NCBI GenBank assembly: GCA_015064525.1
Contig: SVSC01000002.1
Coordinates: 1-52,925 of the forward strand
Origin: Oscillospiraceae bacterium
Lineage (GTDB): Bacteria; Bacillota; Clostridia; Oscillospirales; CAG-272
Direction of reading: 5' to 3'
Length of the DNA: 52,925 nt
The notes under the pieces are model-generated. The model made no database searches. It had not been told where the DNA came from and worked only from the letters and a program-made list of their open reading frames with translations. How positions within the stretch are numbered: position 1 is the first letter of the stretch; every line of letters starts with the position of its first letter. Positions 52,083-52,925 of the stretch are shown piece by piece. Made by a program: the position numbers and the translations under genes.

Positions 52083-52111
52083 ATTATAACATGAAAAAAT
52101 AATCTTTTCAA
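52083..52111 (-). promoter_or_regulatory. sigmaA promoter of the sigma/anti-sigma operon
   Basis: Minus strand reads TTGAAA-17 nt-TGtTATAAT. Confidence 0.6.
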
Positions 52112-52232
52112 GTACTTTTTTGATACTTTGCGTCAAAAAAAGCTATATTTTTACTAAAGATCATTTCAAGAATTTCTGTTTTACATACTCAAACAAAGAA
52201 AAAACATTCGCGCTTTTCAAAAAAAATTCGCC

Positions 52233-52340
52233 GTGGCGATGACCTCTGCCCATTGCGTTCCCGTGATCCGATTGAAAGCCCATCGGCGGCAAAGCCCCAC
52301 ACACGGTGTGTCTTTGGTAGGACGCACCGGCGGGATAGTT
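52233..52340 (+). pseudogene. decayed copy of the dat 3' end
   Basis: Aligns to dat nt ~37733-37838 at roughly four fifths identity by eye, with a 6-nt and a 5-nt deletion. The 5-nt deletion shifts the frame. The core aaagcccatcggcggcaaagc is identical. Confidence 0.75.
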
Positions 52341-52369
52341 TTCCCTGCGTTTCATACGTCATCAATGAC

Positions 52370-52407
52370 AAAAAAGGAACTTTTCCGCAGAAAAGTTCCT
52401 TTTTTTT
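52370..52407. terminator. bidirectional terminator after rpsA
   Basis: aaaaaaggaacttttc-cgca-gaaaagttcctttttttt. The 10-bp stem is flanked by A and T runs. Confidence 0.8.
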
Positions 52408-52414
52408 ATTCGAA

Positions 52415-52925
52415 TTACTCCTCGATAGGAGCCTCTTCGGTTTCCTCAACGGGCATAGCCTCTGCCTCTGCAACCTGCTCCTCCAGGATGGAACGGATGG
52501 AAAGGCTGATCTTCTGGCGCTCGTCGTCGATATCAATGATGCGAGCGTCCACAACCTGTCCGATCTCCAGAACGTCGGCAGGACGAGCGATTCTCTGCAG
52601 AGCGATCTGAGAAATGTGGATCAAGCCGTCCACACCGTCGATCACCTCAGCGAACGCGCCAAAGGGCATCATGTTCACGATCTTCACGGATGCGATGTCT
52701 CCAATGGCATACTGAGACTTGAAGATGTTCCAGGGGTTGGTCTCCTCGGTCTTGTAGCCCAGAGAAATTCTCTTCTTTTCGGGATCGAAGCTCTTTACGA
52801 ACACGGTCAGCTCATCGCCAACGGAAACAACCTCTGCGGGGTTCTTGATGCGCTTCCAAGAAAGCTCGGTCAGGTGAACCATGCCGTCCACGCCGCCAAG
52901 GTCAACGAACGCGCCGTAGGAGGTC
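52415..52925 (-). CDS. rpsA: ribosomal protein S1-type protein, C-terminal part (gene continues beyond window end)
   Basis: Two S1 domains (GMVHLTELSWKRIKNPAEVVSVGDELTVFV...; GAFAEVIDGVDGLIHISQIALQRIARPADVLEIGQVVDARII), then an acidic tail. The frame stays open to 52925. Confidence 0.8.
   Translation of the reverse strand, partial: TSYGAFVDLGGVDGMVHLTELSWKRIKNPAEVVSVGDELTVFVKSFDPEKKRISLGYKTEETNPWNIFKSQYAIGDIASVKIVNMMPFGAFAEVIDGVDGLIHISQIALQRIARPADVLEIGQVVDARIIDIDDERQKISLSIRSILEEQVAEAEAMPVEETEEAPIEE

Larger units (their letters stand above)
37956..52232. other. putative ~14.3-kb accessory island (RHS toxin array plus regulators) bracketed by dat 3'-end copies
   Basis: The left edge is the intact dat end and its terminator. 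The right edge is a decayed copy of dat nt ~37733-37838 at 52233-52340. AT-rich immunity-type genes lie inside. No integrase is present. Confidence 0.4.

Noticed and set aside
37956-52232. Search for an integrase, transposase, tRNA or inverted terminal repeats that would make the island a defined mobile element
   Set aside because: None was found on either strand. The island call rests only on the dat 3'-end duplication and composition, so it is not labelled as a mobile element.

Overview
This 52.9-kb chromosomal window reads like a Firmicutes/Clostridia genome, possibly Oscillospiraceae or Ruminococcaceae. Support: a ctsR-mcsA-mcsB-clpC operon, GGAGG Shine-Dalgarno sites, many TTGACA-17-TGnTATAAT promoters, lipobox lipoproteins and ATGA-coupled gene junctions. 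I saw no rRNA, tRNA, CRISPR array, transposase or integrase.

The window falls into three blocks.

(1) 1-19.8 kb is almost entirely minus strand. After an ASCH fragment and a Sel1-NUDIX gene comes a glycan-utilisation locus. It holds GH43, a GH2 beta-glucuronidase-like enzyme, a CE2-like esterase lipoprotein and an orphan solute-binding lipoprotein. It also holds two GH28-like beta-helix proteins, an AraC regulator, a CE15-like esterase and a PHP phosphoesterase. Three large exported proteins in this locus are built from six copies of one roughly 230-aa LamG/ConA-like module. Two of them end in a shared Cys-containing tail, TEKxGCGxxV + helix + basic residues.

(2) 20-37.9 kb is housekeeping: HAD hydrolase, FAD oxidoreductase, polA, a DUF4886-like lipoprotein, radC, a DUF1836-like gene, dxs, ctsR-mcsA-mcsB-clpC, a wall-hydrolase-like protein and dat.

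(3) About 37.96-52.23 kb is an accessory island. It is bracketed by the intact dat 3' end and a decayed, frameshifted copy of that same dat 3' end beside the rpsA terminator. The island carries a sigma/anti-sigma pair, an HTH plus small-protein pair and a small secreted protein. It also carries a Sec-signal 2230-aa RHS/YD polymorphic toxin with a membrane-anchored ankyrin immunity candidate. Downstream are three progressively decayed orphan rhs cassettes. Each cassette is separated from the preceding immunity-type gene by the same GC-only palindrome.

The best candidates for something new are two. The first is the RHS array, whose two intact immunity candidates are both predicted to face outward, implying envelope-acting toxin tips of unknown family. 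The second is the GCG-type C-terminal sorting-like signal on the LamG-module proteins.
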